A stretch of 32,000 bases of DNA from Staphylothermus hellenicus DSM 12710 (GCF_000092465.1 NC_014205.1:300001-332000); one strand, 5' to 3'; counted from the first letter of the stretch, positions 1 to 9,506 are shown. The notes: generated by a model not told the origin, from the letters alone. Made by a program: numbers and translations.

Positions 1-36
1 GTATTTTCCAGAAAAATTCTTCTCTAGAATAATTAT

Positions 37-552
37 TCATATTTCAAGCACTTCAACAGATAAATCCTTTGTATCTAGAAGTGCTATTGTAGATTTACCA
101 GTTAAATAACCACATGTTTCTCCAGGGTTTAATAATAGTTTGTTATTAATATATTGAACTAATACTCTATGAGTATGTCCAAACAATACAGCGTCAACCC
201 CCTCGATACTAAGCAGTGTTTTAGCTAGCTTTTCAGTGTGCTCAATCCCATCATATCCATGCATTATTACAAAGTTCCTATTACCCAGATTAATAATGGA
301 TGGCCCACTATATAGTTCCCAGTTATTAGCAGTAAATAACTTATTTAACAAATATATGTCGCCGTCATTGTTTCCGAGAACACCGTATACCTTGATATCT
401 TTCAATATATTCTTCATTCTCCTGACAATGAAGGGAGAAATAATGTCTCCTAAATGAATAATTGCTTCAACACGGTGTTCTATGAATTTATTTAATGCTT
501 TATCTACGGCGTATATATTATCATGACTATCGCTCATAACACCAATTAGCAT
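37..552 (-). CDS. MJ0936/YfcE-type metallophosphoesterase (phosphodiesterase)
   Basis: 171-aa ORF with all metallophosphoesterase motifs intact: MSDSHDN (DxH), LGDIISP (GD), LGNNDGD (GNxD), IMHGY (H) and FGHTH (GHxH). Size and motif spacing match the small MJ0936/YfcE family. Confidence 0.85.
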   Translation of the reverse strand: MLIGVMSDSHDNIYAVDKALNKFIEHRVEAIIHLGDIISPFIVRRMKNILKDIKVYGVLGNNDGDIYLLNKLFTANNWELYSGPSIINLGNRNFVIMHGYDGIEHTEKLAKTLLSIEGVDAVLFGHTHRVLVQYINNKLLLNPGETCGYLTGKSTIALLDTKDLSVEVLEI

Positions 553-597
553 GCCATGAATTCCCCCGAGAAAAACTATTAGTTAAGTAAGAGAGGC

Positions 598-1197
598 TTA
601 TTCTATTTTTACCTCGTATCCCTTCTTTTTCTCTGATCTCTTGATCTTCTTCAATGTTACCTCTAATACTCCATTTTTATATGTAGCCTTCGCTGATCCA
701 GGATCTACCTCTGCAGGTAGCTCTACTTCCTTATAGTATTTCCTGTTCGTATCGCTCGCACTTATAATGAGTTTTCTTCTATCATCGCTTACTTCTAGCT
801 TGATCTTATCTTTTTCTACTCCTGGAAGCTCTGCAATAACAGTTATACTGTCATCCTGTTCAAATACATCTACTAGAGGTTCTCTTTCTTCACTAATCAT
901 TCTTTTACCTTCAACCTTTTTCACATTACCGAATTCTTCAATCATAGGTTTACCATCTGGGCCTATTGTTATTCTAAAACCATATACATAAGGACCAAAC
1001 CTCCTTGTTGGGCCGGCTTCTTCTATAAATTCCCTTGGCTCCATTGTTTCGAATTCTCGCAGTAACCTATTCATTTCCTCCTCCATTTGCCTGAATATTT
1101 CATCAAATACGTCGAAGAACCCTCTTCTACGCCGCTTATTATAGTCGTCCCATCTACTCATATAGAATATCACCTCTTGACCTGTTTGTTCATTCAT
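598..1197 (-). CDS. hsp20: Small heat-shock protein, Hsp20/alpha-crystallin family
   Basis: 199-aa ORF. The C-terminal alpha-crystallin domain reads ITVIAELPGVEKDKIKLEV...YYKEVELPAEVDPGSAKATYKNGVLEVTLKK, preceded by a charged N-terminal arm. An alternative start at M13 (1161) is possible. Confidence 0.9.
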   Translation of the reverse strand: MNEQTGQEVIFYMSRWDDYNKRRRRGFFDVFDEIFRQMEEEMNRLLREFETMEPREFIEEAGPTRRFGPYVYGFRITIGPDGKPMIEEFGNVKKVEGKRMISEEREPLVDVFEQDDSITVIAELPGVEKDKIKLEVSDDRRKLIISASDTNRKYYKEVELPAEVDPGSAKATYKNGVLEVTLKKIKRSEKKKGYEVKIE

Positions 1198-1273
1198 TAT
1201 ACCTTATATTTTCTATTTATCTTAATATTTTTGATTGATTAGGGGATTGGAAATAATTGGTGTTTATTTGAAA

Positions 1274-1951
1274 ATGGAGAGACCATATATACTAGTGTTT
1301 TCAACGATTAGTGTTGACGGAGGATTATCTGTTAAAGGTAAAAGATACAGGCTGAGCAGTGATAGGGATATTTATAGACTGCATTATTTTAGATCAATTG
1401 TAGACGCTGTAATGGTTGGTGCTAATACTGTAATAATAGATGATCCATTGCTAACTGTGCGTTTACCCGACTATAAGGGTAAGCAACCATATAGAGTAGT
1501 TGTTGATGGTAAGCTAAGGGTTATGCCTGAGCTTAGAGTATTTGATACAAGACATGCTCCAACAATACTTATCACAAGCATCAATAATAAGGATAGAGAG
1601 ATGATTAGGAGGTTTCTATCAAGGGGTGTGAGGATATTATTTGTTGACACAGATAAATATGATCCCTCAAAAATTGATCTTAGAAAAGCTGTTGAAAAAT
1701 TATATCGCGAATTTTCTATTAGGAAAATACTTGTTGAGGGCGGGGGACAATTAATAGCTTCTCTATTCAAAAACAGATTAATCGACGAATTATATTTATC
1801 GATCTCTCCATTAATTATTGGATTAAACAAGACCTCGTTGATTGAAGATTTCCTTGATTCTCCGGTAAGGCTTGTTCTTAAAAACATATTTGTAGACCAT
1901 ATAACAGGAGAGATAATTGTTAATTATAAACCATTCTATGAAGATCATTGA
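1274..1951 (+). CDS. arfC: 2,5-diamino-6-(ribosylamino)-4(3H)-pyrimidinone 5'-phosphate reductase (RibD C-terminal domain type; archaeal riboflavin pathway)
   Basis: MERPYILVFSTISVDGGL...MVGANTVIIDDPLLTV...YRVVVDGKLRV...ILVEGGGQL matches the archaeal RibD_C/MJ0671-type reductase along its whole length. The track ORF begins at TTG 1235, but ATG 1274 fits the family N-terminus. Confidence 0.85.
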   Translation: MERPYILVFSTISVDGGLSVKGKRYRLSSDRDIYRLHYFRSIVDAVMVGANTVIIDDPLLTVRLPDYKGKQPYRVVVDGKLRVMPELRVFDTRHAPTILITSINNKDREMIRRFLSRGVRILFVDTDKYDPSKIDLRKAVEKLYREFSIRKILVEGGGQLIASLFKNRLIDELYLSISPLIIGLNKTSLIEDFLDSPVRLVLKNIFVDHITGEIIVNYKPFYEDH

Positions 1952-2032
1952 TCTATTCAGTTATTAGAAGAATATAAATTACTCGTAATACATTACACAA
2001 TCAATAGAGCCCTTGAAAAGGGGTAGGTTATA

Positions 2033-2449
2033 TTGAAAGTTTATACACGTGAAATAGTTCTATCAACAAATAAGAAGTTCCAACTAGTAGATATTACTTA
2101 TGAAGTTGAGAAAATCGTTGAAGATAGTGGTGTTAAGAACGGAATTGCCCTTGTTTTCGCACCCCACGCTACAGCGGCAATTATAGCTAATGAGCATGAA
2201 TCAGGTTTGATGGAGGATATAATTACTAAGATCAAAGAGTTAACAGAGCCTGGTAGTTCTAAGTGGAAACATAATCTCATAGATGATAATGCTCATGCTC
2301 ACTTAGGCTCTGCCCTGATTGGGGCGGATCGGGTTTTTCCAGTTATTAATGGTAGGCTGGTTAGGGGGACTTGGCAGAATATTTTTCTCGTAGAAATGGA
2401 TGGCCCTAGATCTCGTAGACACGTTATTGTAACTGTTATTGGTGAGTAA
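2033..2449 (+). CDS. YjbQ/UPF0047 family protein (secondary thiamine-phosphate synthase-like)
   Basis: 138-aa ORF with family hallmarks [27 protein letters not shown] and [21 protein letters not shown] start, preceded by a GGGGTAGG Shine-Dalgarno-like run. Confidence 0.85.
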   Translation: MKVYTREIVLSTNKKFQLVDITYEVEKIVEDSGVKNGIALVFAPHATAAIIANEHESGLMEDIITKIKELTEPGSSKWKHNLIDDNAHAHLGSALIGADRVFPVINGRLVRGTWQNIFLVEMDGPRSRRHVIVTVIGE

Positions 2450-2453
2450 AACT

Positions 2454-3629
2454 ATGAGACTATATGTTGCAAGTGAGAAGGAAATAGTAGATGGCGCTGT
2501 ATCTGATATATATTTTGTTAGAACAACTAGGATTCTCAGGGAGAAAGGTGTTCGTAGAAAGGTTAGAATGGAATACCACACAACCAGTCTCCCCAAAGGA
2601 TATGAGTGGGCGGTTTATGCGGGTCTAGAAGAGATCTTGTATGTTTTAAAAGATAAGCCTGTTACAGTATATAGTTTACCTGAAGGCACATTATTCAAGC
2701 CTGGAGAACCCCTCTTAATCATTGAGGGCTACTACGATGATATAGCAGTTTATGAAACGGCTCTCCTAGGAATTATGAGACACTATACTAGTATCGCTAC
2801 TAAGGCTGCCCGTATGAAGAGATTAGCAATAGATAAAACATTATTATTCTTTGGATTAAGAGCTCTTCACCCAGCACTCGCACCCATGGCTGATCGAGCG
2901 GCATATATTGGAGGCTTAGATGCTGTATCTGGAGCTATAAGTGAGAAATATCTTGGATTAAAACCTGTTGGAACAATGCCTCACGCATTAATAATAGTAT
3001 TCGGTGACCAAGTAAAGGCTTGGAAAGCATTTGACGAAGTTGTAGAGGAAGGTGTTCCCAGAATAATGCTTGTAGATACTTTCTGTGATGAAAGAATGGA
3101 GTCATTATTAGCGGCTAAAGTATTAGGTAAGAAACTATATGGTGTGAGACTAGACACGCCTAGTAGTAGAAGAGGAAATATGAGGAAAATTGTTGAAGAA
3201 GTAAGATGGACACTAGATATTCATGGCTATAAACACGTAAAAATAATTGTTAGCGGGGGTATAGGCGAGAAAGAACTTGTAGAATTGAGAGATATAGTTG
3301 ATTCATTCGGTATAGGCACATCTATATCTTTCCCGAAGAGCATCGATATAAGTGCAGATATTGTTGAAATATATGATAATGGTGAATGGATCCCTGTATC
3401 GAAACGTGGAAAACTGCCGGGAGCTAAACAATTATATCGTAGAAGACCAGGCCTAAACGATTATATTGGATTACTAAATAGAAGCACTCCTCCCTCACCA
3501 GACTATAAACCATTACTTAAAAAATATATTGACAACGGTGAATTAATAGAGAAACTACCCAGTATTCAAGAAATAAGAAACTATGTACTAGAACAATTAA
3601 GGGAAGTGCCTGAACCAGAACCTGTGTAG
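2454..3629 (+). CDS. pncB: Nicotinate phosphoribosyltransferase (archaeal ~390-aa type)
   Basis: Type II PRTase barrel motifs [14 protein letters not shown] and [18 protein letters not shown], similar to archaeal NAPRTases. ATG 2454 lies 5 nt after the yjbQ stop. TTG 2439 is an alternative start. Confidence 0.85.
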   Translation: MRLYVASEKEIVDGAVSDIYFVRTTRILREKGVRRKVRMEYHTTSLPKGYEWAVYAGLEEILYVLKDKPVTVYSLPEGTLFKPGEPLLIIEGYYDDIAVYETALLGIMRHYTSIATKAARMKRLAIDKTLLFFGLRALHPALAPMADRAAYIGGLDAVSGAISEKYLGLKPVGTMPHALIIVFGDQVKAWKAFDEVVEEGVPRIMLVDTFCDERMESLLAAKVLGKKLYGVRLDTPSSRRGNMRKIVEEVRWTLDIHGYKHVKIIVSGGIGEKELVELRDIVDSFGIGTSISFPKSIDISADIVEIYDNGEWIPVSKRGKLPGAKQLYRRRPGLNDYIGLLNRSTPPSPDYKPLLKKYIDNGELIEKLPSIQEIRNYVLEQLREVPEPEPV

Positions 3630-3632
3630 AGC

Positions 3633-4313
3633 TCAGCTAATTTCATCCAATAATTTTTCTAGCTCATACATGTTATGAATCACATGGATCCTGGAGGAAC
3701 TAACATGTTTTTCTAGGACACCATTGATCCATGAATACCTATACCATACCAATACTATGTTTTCCAGCTTCCCCAAGATCCTATATAGATTTTGGATTTT
3801 ATCATCTACATATACAATTGTTTTTGGCTTATATTTCCTAGCTAGGATCCTGATACCCTCTATTCTCGACGGCGCATCTTCCCCAACAACTATTATGTCT
3901 TCGAAAAGATCATGTAGTCCCGCATTCTTTATTCTCCATAGTTTCAATCCATAGATATCGTCTCTATAACTTACGCTTCCAATAATCCATCCTCTACTCT
4001 TCAAGTTCTTCAGGACACTTCTAGTTCCTGGTTCCAACTCGCTTGTCTCAGTTCTTATCTCCCAATACCTAGCTAGGAGATAGGTAAGCGTTTCTTCATT
4101 AATACTAAAATATTTAGGCCACCACTCTTCACGCAACGTGCCTGCTTGATCATATATATATTCCATATATAGGAGAAAACGAGAGTAATCCCTATCTATA
4201 CCAAGCATGTTTGGAAGTATCTTCTCATAAAATATGGGAATCCCCGAATAACTATCTATTAATACACCATCTATATCAAATATAATCAGCTTCTCTCCAA
4301 CCATCCCATCCAC
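3633..4313 (-). CDS. HAD-superfamily hydrolase (phosphatase-like)
   Basis: HAD motif I is IIFDIDGVLIDS (DxDG). Candidates for the later motifs are GSVSY, KPK and VYVDDK. The substrate cannot be inferred. Confidence 0.75.
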   Translation of the reverse strand: MDGMVGEKLIIFDIDGVLIDSYSGIPIFYEKILPNMLGIDRDYSRFLLYMEYIYDQAGTLREEWWPKYFSINEETLTYLLARYWEIRTETSELEPGTRSVLKNLKSRGWIIGSVSYRDDIYGLKLWRIKNAGLHDLFEDIIVVGEDAPSRIEGIRILARKYKPKTIVYVDDKIQNLYRILGKLENIVLVWYRYSWINGVLEKHVSSSRIHVIHNMYELEKLLDEIS

Positions 4314-4393
4314 ACCTGTAGAGATAGCTTAATCAACTGATAAATTAGATAAGATTCTACAAGATATATTTGAATACTGTATTTGGTGATATA

Positions 4394-4645
4394 ATGGTTA
4401 CAGTTAAGCTAAGAGCTTTCTCAATATTCAGCGATATCTTTGGGAAAGAAGAAATTCTGAACATAGATGGTAAGATAAGTGTTAAGGATCTTGTGGATTA
4501 TCTTAAGAAGAACAATAAATTATTTGAAGAAACCATTAAACAAATCCCAGTAATTATTTTAGTTAATGGCAAGTCTGTAAATGAAGAATATGTGTTGAAG
4601 GAGAATGATGAAGTAGCAATAATACCTCCCGCATCCGGTGGGTAA
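4394..4645 (+). CDS. moaD: MoaD/ThiS-family ubiquitin-like sulfur-carrier protein (C-terminal GG)
   Basis: Small beta-grasp-like ORF ending ...IIPPASGG immediately before the stop. It sits 2 nt upstream of moaE. ATG 4394 is preferred over the TTG 4370 used by the ORF track. Confidence 0.8.
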   Translation: MVTVKLRAFSIFSDIFGKEEILNIDGKISVKDLVDYLKKNNKLFEETIKQIPVIILVNGKSVNEEYVLKENDEVAIIPPASGG

Positions 4646-4647
4646 AC

Positions 4648-5112
4648 ATGCCATATATACGTGTTGGATTAACAGAGTCAATAATAGATGTGGATTCAAT
4701 AGTTAATGAGCTAATAGAGCATACAAAAGGTCTTGGAGGTGCTATAGTTTCATTTATTGGATATGTTAAAGGCATAGTTGATGATCATAGAGTTTACGAA
4801 CTACAATATACTGCTTATCAACCATATACGGAGGAGGTTATGGAGAAGATAGTTGTGGAAGAAGTTCGTAGAAACAATTTATTGGGTGCTATAGTTATTC
4901 ATAGAATAGGTAATCTAAAACCAGGAGATCCAACAATCTATATCTTTGTATCAGCTAATACTAGGAAAGAAGCTTTCAAAGGAGCATCAGAGATTCTGGA
5001 AAGAATAAAACATGAAGCACCGATCTTCAAGCTTGAAAAAAGAGATGATGGCGAATACTGGGTCATCGGTGATGGTAGAAGAGTTGCTAGGAGAAGAGCC
5101 AAGAATACTTGA
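4648..5112 (+). CDS. moaE: Molybdopterin synthase catalytic subunit MoaE
   Basis: GAIVSFIGYVKG, HRIGNLKPGDPTIYIFVSANTRKEAF and IKHEAPIFKLE are typical MoaE blocks. The gene is adjacent to moaD. Confidence 0.9.
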   Translation: MPYIRVGLTESIIDVDSIVNELIEHTKGLGGAIVSFIGYVKGIVDDHRVYELQYTAYQPYTEEVMEKIVVEEVRRNNLLGAIVIHRIGNLKPGDPTIYIFVSANTRKEAFKGASEILERIKHEAPIFKLEKRDDGEYWVIGDGRRVARRRAKNT

Positions 5113-6076
5113 TCATTTCTACTTGCTTCTTAAAAACTACTGTTACGCAGTCGTAGTAGGAAATATGCATTCAAATAGTTTTTTAATTGGATATGTAAAG
5201 TATTGTTTAGGGAAAAATAGTATTTGGAGAGATAATCTAGGATACTATGATAGAATAGTTAACTATTATTCTCCAAGAAAAGTATATGATTCAACTCCCT
5301 GGAAAACATATATACCTTGCTACGATTCCATCATCCCAGTTATTCCCAGATCAAAAATTATTAAAATATTTAATCCAATAAATAGATTAAATGAAATAAT
5401 TTCTATGCCAAAGGATCAATTGGAACAATTAACAGCTAATCTATCAAGCATACTGTATTCGTCCATTCACAGATATGCTTTAGGAGTAACAGGATCTTTA
5501 CTTATCAAAATACATAACCCGGTTATCAGCGATATAGACATGATTGTCTATGGTTGGAGAGAATCTCTAAACATAATAGAGTTTATTAATGAAAACAAAG
5601 ACGTTTTCCCCGGTTTTACAGGGGAGAGATTGAAAAGGTGGATTTACAGCAATGCGGAATCCTCAGGTCTTCCTCCCAGTAAGGTGGAGAAACTGTATCG
5701 TAGGTGGCGTAGAGGATCATTTATGGGGAGAGATTATTCAATAATATACAATAACGGCGTCTTCAAACATTTAGATACTTGTAAAGCATGGAGAACAATT
5801 GGGCATATAACAGTAAAGGCGTACTTGATGGGCGGATTAGATGCTCTAAATTATCCGTCAAGATCAAGTATAGATCAATACTACCTAGTTAAAAACAGGG
5901 AGGAGCTGCGCAGCGATATTGAATACGTTTTATCTTTTGACGCATTATATATTGGAAAACTATTTGACGGGGGCTGGGTAATTATTAGTGGTTTATTACA
6001 GCATGAACCTTTAGAGGATAGGTATAGAATACTTGTTGGTGGCAGGGAATATAAGGGATATATTGAGCCTCTATGA
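5072..6076 (+). CDS. Pol-beta-superfamily nucleotidyltransferase, conserved-archaeal type (COG1665-like), start uncertain
   Basis: The minimal NTase signature GVTGSLLIKIHNPVISDIDMIVYG (G-S ... D-x-D; the DID codons are at 5531-5539) sits mid-protein, followed by a beta-rich C-terminal region. Possible starts are 5012, 5045, 5072 and 5165. The first three overlap the moaE 3' end. Confidence 0.6.
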   Translation: MVEELLGEEPRILDHFYLLLKNYCYAVVVGNMHSNSFLIGYVKYCLGKNSIWRDNLGYYDRIVNYYSPRKVYDSTPWKTYIPCYDSIIPVIPRSKIIKIFNPINRLNEIISMPKDQLEQLTANLSSILYSSIHRYALGVTGSLLIKIHNPVISDIDMIVYGWRESLNIIEFINENKDVFPGFTGERLKRWIYSNAESSGLPPSKVEKLYRRWRRGSFMGRDYSIIYNNGVFKHLDTCKAWRTIGHITVKAYLMGGLDALNYPSRSSIDQYYLVKNREELRSDIEYVLSFDALYIGKLFDGGWVIISGLLQHEPLEDRYRILVGGREYKGYIEPL

Positions 6077-6687
6077 GAGGGACGGCTTATATGGTATCAA
6101 AAATACTAGCTATTTCAAATATTAATGGTAGAGAAGATCTTATCCCATACATTGTTTACCTTGCTAGTACCGAAAAAATCGATATAGTATTGTTTTGTGG
6201 AAACATTGTTTCTCCACTAATTATAGAGGAGATAAGTAAAAGAATAAAGGGCCGCGTACTCGGAGTTGCGGGTAATCTTGATGATCCCTCCGTGATAAAA
6301 ATGTTGAAATCTATTAATGGATTTATTGATGGAAGAATAGTTGAGGTATATGGATTAAATATTGGTGGGGTAGGGTTTAATCCAGAGCTATCAGTTAATA
6401 GGTTGTTAAGGGAAAATAAGGATTTAGATATACTTGTTTCTTTTTATCCAAGCATAAAAGCTTCTATTAACAACGGTGTTGGCATGATTGATCGCTTGAT
6501 TAAAACATTACATCCTCAAATAGTAGTTTTTGGTAGAGGATATAGGAAATGCTTAGTTAATGACAAATATGTTTTTCCAGGCGAAGGCCATAAAGGCTTT
6601 TACGCATTGATCAAGCTTGGAAAAAAAGATTATGAAGCTAAAATATACTGTCGTCATTTTCAAGATGTTGTTATGGATAATTATTAA
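6073..6687 (+). CDS. Metallophosphoesterase-fold protein with metal ligands replaced (predicted pseudoenzyme)
   Basis: It aligns block by block with the active MJ0936-type enzyme at 37-552, but the ligands are substituted: SDSHD->SNING, GD->GN, GNND->GNLD, MHGY->SFYP and GHTH->GRGY. The ATG overlaps the upstream stop (ATGA). Confidence 0.6.
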   Translation: MRGTAYMVSKILAISNINGREDLIPYIVYLASTEKIDIVLFCGNIVSPLIIEEISKRIKGRVLGVAGNLDDPSVIKMLKSINGFIDGRIVEVYGLNIGGVGFNPELSVNRLLRENKDLDILVSFYPSIKASINNGVGMIDRLIKTLHPQIVVFGRGYRKCLVNDKYVFPGEGHKGFYALIKLGKKDYEAKIYCRHFQDVVMDNY

Positions 6688-6726
6688 TATTTTCAGAAAT
6701 GATATTATTAATTCATAGGTGGGAAC

Positions 6727-7608
6727 ATGATATTGTTTGATTGGGGAACATATAATGCATTAAACACTTTAACTAAAGCTGCAGTACTTGGAATGAGACT
6801 AACAGAAATACCTCCACGGGATTTTTCAAGGAAAACTAGGGGTTTAGACTATTTTGAAGCTTACCGTGATTTTGCAACTAAAGCATTTACAACAATCATT
6901 GCTCACGGTCCATACTATAATCTAGTTAGTGATCATCCTGAGATCGCTAAACGTATATTGAAAGCTATGAGAGCAGCTGTTAAAAAAGCAGCTATGGCAG
7001 GAGCTTCTATATTCAATGTTCATCTTGGTTGGAGGGTATTTATGGATGATAGAGATTTGGAAGCAGTGGCTGATATGGTTAAGAAAATGTTGGAGGTTGC
7101 TCCTGAAAACATGTATATTAGTTTAGAAACAACCTATACTCGGAGACAAATAGGGAGTCTAGATGAAATTAAGTCGATTATAGAGATGGTCGGTAGTGAT
7201 AGGGTTATTCCAAGTGTTCAGCTAGAAAACATGTTCATGTATGAGACAAGAATTGATCAACATGGAAACTTTATTCAGGCTGATAAACAAGTCAACAAAG
7301 ACTTCTGGCTCAATGTACTGAGAAAAACACTTGAAATTAGCAAGGGGTATTTAAGCCTTAGATTCAGCCAGGTAACCGGTGTCTATTTCGGGAGGAGACT
7401 GCTTAAAAAGAGAACCCCGCTAGGTAAAGGTTATCCAAGCATACAACCGTTAGCAGAGGCATTGGCTCAATTCATGGTTAGAGAAGTTAGAGATAAAGGA
7501 TTATCCCTTAAAATGCACATAATATATACAGGTCCCCCGGAGACAAAATATGAGGATACAATAGATCTTTATGCATCGATTATGAGGAGAGTTGTTCAAT
7601 ACATATAA
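6727..7608 (+). CDS. Xylose-isomerase-like TIM-barrel protein (AP endonuclease family 2 / EndoIV-like)
   Basis: IIAHGPYYNLVS, ASIFNVHLGW and ISLETTY resemble the first three metal-ligand strands of endonuclease IV / sugar-phosphate isomerase TIM barrels. The C-terminal half is less recognisable. Confidence 0.55.
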   Translation: MILFDWGTYNALNTLTKAAVLGMRLTEIPPRDFSRKTRGLDYFEAYRDFATKAFTTIIAHGPYYNLVSDHPEIAKRILKAMRAAVKKAAMAGASIFNVHLGWRVFMDDRDLEAVADMVKKMLEVAPENMYISLETTYTRRQIGSLDEIKSIIEMVGSDRVIPSVQLENMFMYETRIDQHGNFIQADKQVNKDFWLNVLRKTLEISKGYLSLRFSQVTGVYFGRRLLKKRTPLGKGYPSIQPLAEALAQFMVREVRDKGLSLKMHIIYTGPPETKYEDTIDLYASIMRRVVQYI

Positions 7609-7655
7609 TAATCCATAAAATAATTATTTTTACACCAATCCACTATCCTATACTT

Positions 7656-9506
7656 GTGTGTAGAAAATTGACTGGTTTTAATCTTAAAGTAAAGCCGAGA
7701 GACTATCAAATAGAAGCTGCTAAGTGGGCATTATCAAACAAAAGATCAACAATTGTTATGCCTACAGGATCAGGTAAAACATTGATAGCAGTTTTATTCA
7801 GCAAAGAGCTTTTGGAGAAGAAGCTTGCAAATAAAGTGCTCGTATTAGAACCGACAAGAATACTGGTAGAACAAACGGCTCGATACTTTGAAAAAACACT
7901 AGGTATTAAAGCACTATCTATACATGGACGGTATCCGCCGGAGAAAAGAATCGAATTGTGGAGAAAAGCCAAAGTTGCTGCTGCAACACCTGAAACAGCA
8001 TTAAATGATGTAAAACAAGTTATCCAGAACAACTATGATGCAATAATTGTTGATGAATGCCATCACACAACCGGAAAAGATGCATATGCCAAATTCATGA
8101 AAATAACAGAAAAAGTTTTCAAGTGGAGACTAGGATTATCAGCTCATATCCCTAAATCACGCAGACATGAAATAGAAAGGTATATTGGAAAAATACGGAT
8201 ATGGAGCTGGGCTGATGAGAGAATAAGAAAGTATGTGCCTGATTGGATCGGTGAAATATATGAAGCAGAACTTAACGATGCTGAGAAACAAGTTCTAGAG
8301 GGGCTCGAGGAGGCAAGACTGGAATATACTGGTAAGTATAGAGGATTAGTAAATCTAGCTATTAGGTGGTTTGTAAGGGATGGAGCACTTGCTCTTAGGG
8401 AAAGCTTAGAGAAAGAAACACTGCTAGCGTCTATACTATCACATATTAAGCCCATGCTTGAAAACAGAAAGGTTAGGCCTTTACATAAACTAGATGCTTT
8501 GAAAAGGGTGCTAAATGATCATGAAGGCTTTAATAAAGCAATCATATTCGTTGATAGAGTTATTGTTGCTGAGTATCTTGGAAAGAAGCTAATGCATTAT
8601 AATCCCGTAATTATCGTTGGTAAGACCAGGTTAGGAACGGATCTTAGAGAGGTATTGAGGAGAGCGCATAGTTCGGAAACAAGAATAGTAGTTTCTACAA
8701 GTGCTGGTGAAGAAGGAATAGATCTTCCAGAAGCAGATCTACTTATAATATGGAGTAATGTAGCTAGCCCGTTAAGGTTTATTCAAAGACATGGTAGAAT
8801 ATTAAGGCTAACAGGGAAGAAGGGATTAAAATTTGTGGCATACATTGCTACACCCGATACACCAGACATGGATAGTTTATTGGATGCATTAGAGCTTGCT
8901 AGAAAGAATGGTGTAGATGTTCCTATCGATGAAGAAACATTAGAGGCTCTTTGGAGAAGAACCACGAGAAATAGGATACTAAGTGTTTTATCCGGGAAAC
9001 CAATGCCTCTTGAATGGATTAGTGAAATTACTGGTATGCCCAGAGACCTTGTTGAGAAAGCTATTAAGAGGTTGGAGGATAAGGGACTAGTTATATACAT
9101 ATATACCTTCCTAGGTAAAACCTATGCATTAGTAGATGACCTGTTTATTCTCAAAGAAAACTTTGAAGAATACTTAACCCCTGATACAAGCTTGGCAGCA
9201 AGAATTAAGCCATATGTGGAAAATAAGGAGTTAAGAATGGTTTCTGGCACTTATAACCAGGTTATAACAAAGCTTATTAGGCTTCTTAGAAGATACGGAG
9301 AATTCACAAGGATCTCGGCATCCCTACAAATACCCTTAGAAACAGGGGCTTTACAACAAATAATGCTTCACTATACTTTTCGGATCAATAATGAAGAAGT
9401 CCTTGAAGCTATAATAAGAAACATTTATTCAGCAAGCAAATACTATAGATTCATCACTAAGACACCCTGGCCTAGTAATAATGCTGAACATTATGGTGAA
9501 TCATAA
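7656..9506 (+). CDS. SF2 helicase, Hef/FANCM/MPH1-like core (COG1111-like) with C-terminal winged-helix and unknown tail; no nuclease domain
   Basis: Motif I is VMPTGSGKT, motif II is DECHH, motif III is LGLSAH, then STSAGEEGIDLPEADLLI and motif VI QRHGRILR. The N-terminal lobe closely resembles euryarchaeal Hef (PRDYQ..PTGSGKTLIA..VLVLEPTRILV..AKVAAATPET). A helical insert lies between the RecA lobes. A wHTH-like segment spans about aa 436-492 (nt 8961-9131). GTG start. Confidence 0.85.
   Translation: MCRKLTGFNLKVKPRDYQIEAAKWALSNKRSTIVMPTGSGKTLIAVLFSKELLEKKLANKVLVLEPTRILVEQTARYFEKTLGIKALSIHGRYPPEKRIELWRKAKVAAATPETALNDVKQVIQNNYDAIIVDECHHTTGKDAYAKFMKITEKVFKWRLGLSAHIPKSRRHEIERYIGKIRIWSWADERIRKYVPDWIGEIYEAELNDAEKQVLEGLEEARLEYTGKYRGLVNLAIRWFVRDGALALRESLEKETLLASILSHIKPMLENRKVRPLHKLDALKRVLNDHEGFNKAIIFVDRVIVAEYLGKKLMHYNPVIIVGKTRLGTDLREVLRRAHSSETRIVVSTSAGEEGIDLPEADLLIIWSNVASPLRFIQRHGRILRLTGKKGLKFVAYIATPDTPDMDSLLDALELARKNGVDVPIDEETLEALWRRTTRNRILSVLSGKPMPLEWISEITGMPRDLVEKAIKRLEDKGLVIYIYTFLGKTYALVDDLFILKENFEEYLTPDTSLAARIKPYVENKELRMVSGTYNQVITKLIRLLRRYGEFTRISASLQIPLETGALQQIMLHYTFRINNEEVLEAIIRNIYSASKYYRFITKTPWPSNNAEHYGES

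Noticed and set aside
5012-5112. The 100-nt overlap between moaE and the NTase ORF, as evidence of programmed frameshifting or a MoaE-NTase fusion.
   Set aside because: The overlap is an artefact of taking the longest ORF. In-frame ATGs at 5045, 5048, 5072 and 5165 give a short overlap or none. No slippery sequence was seen.
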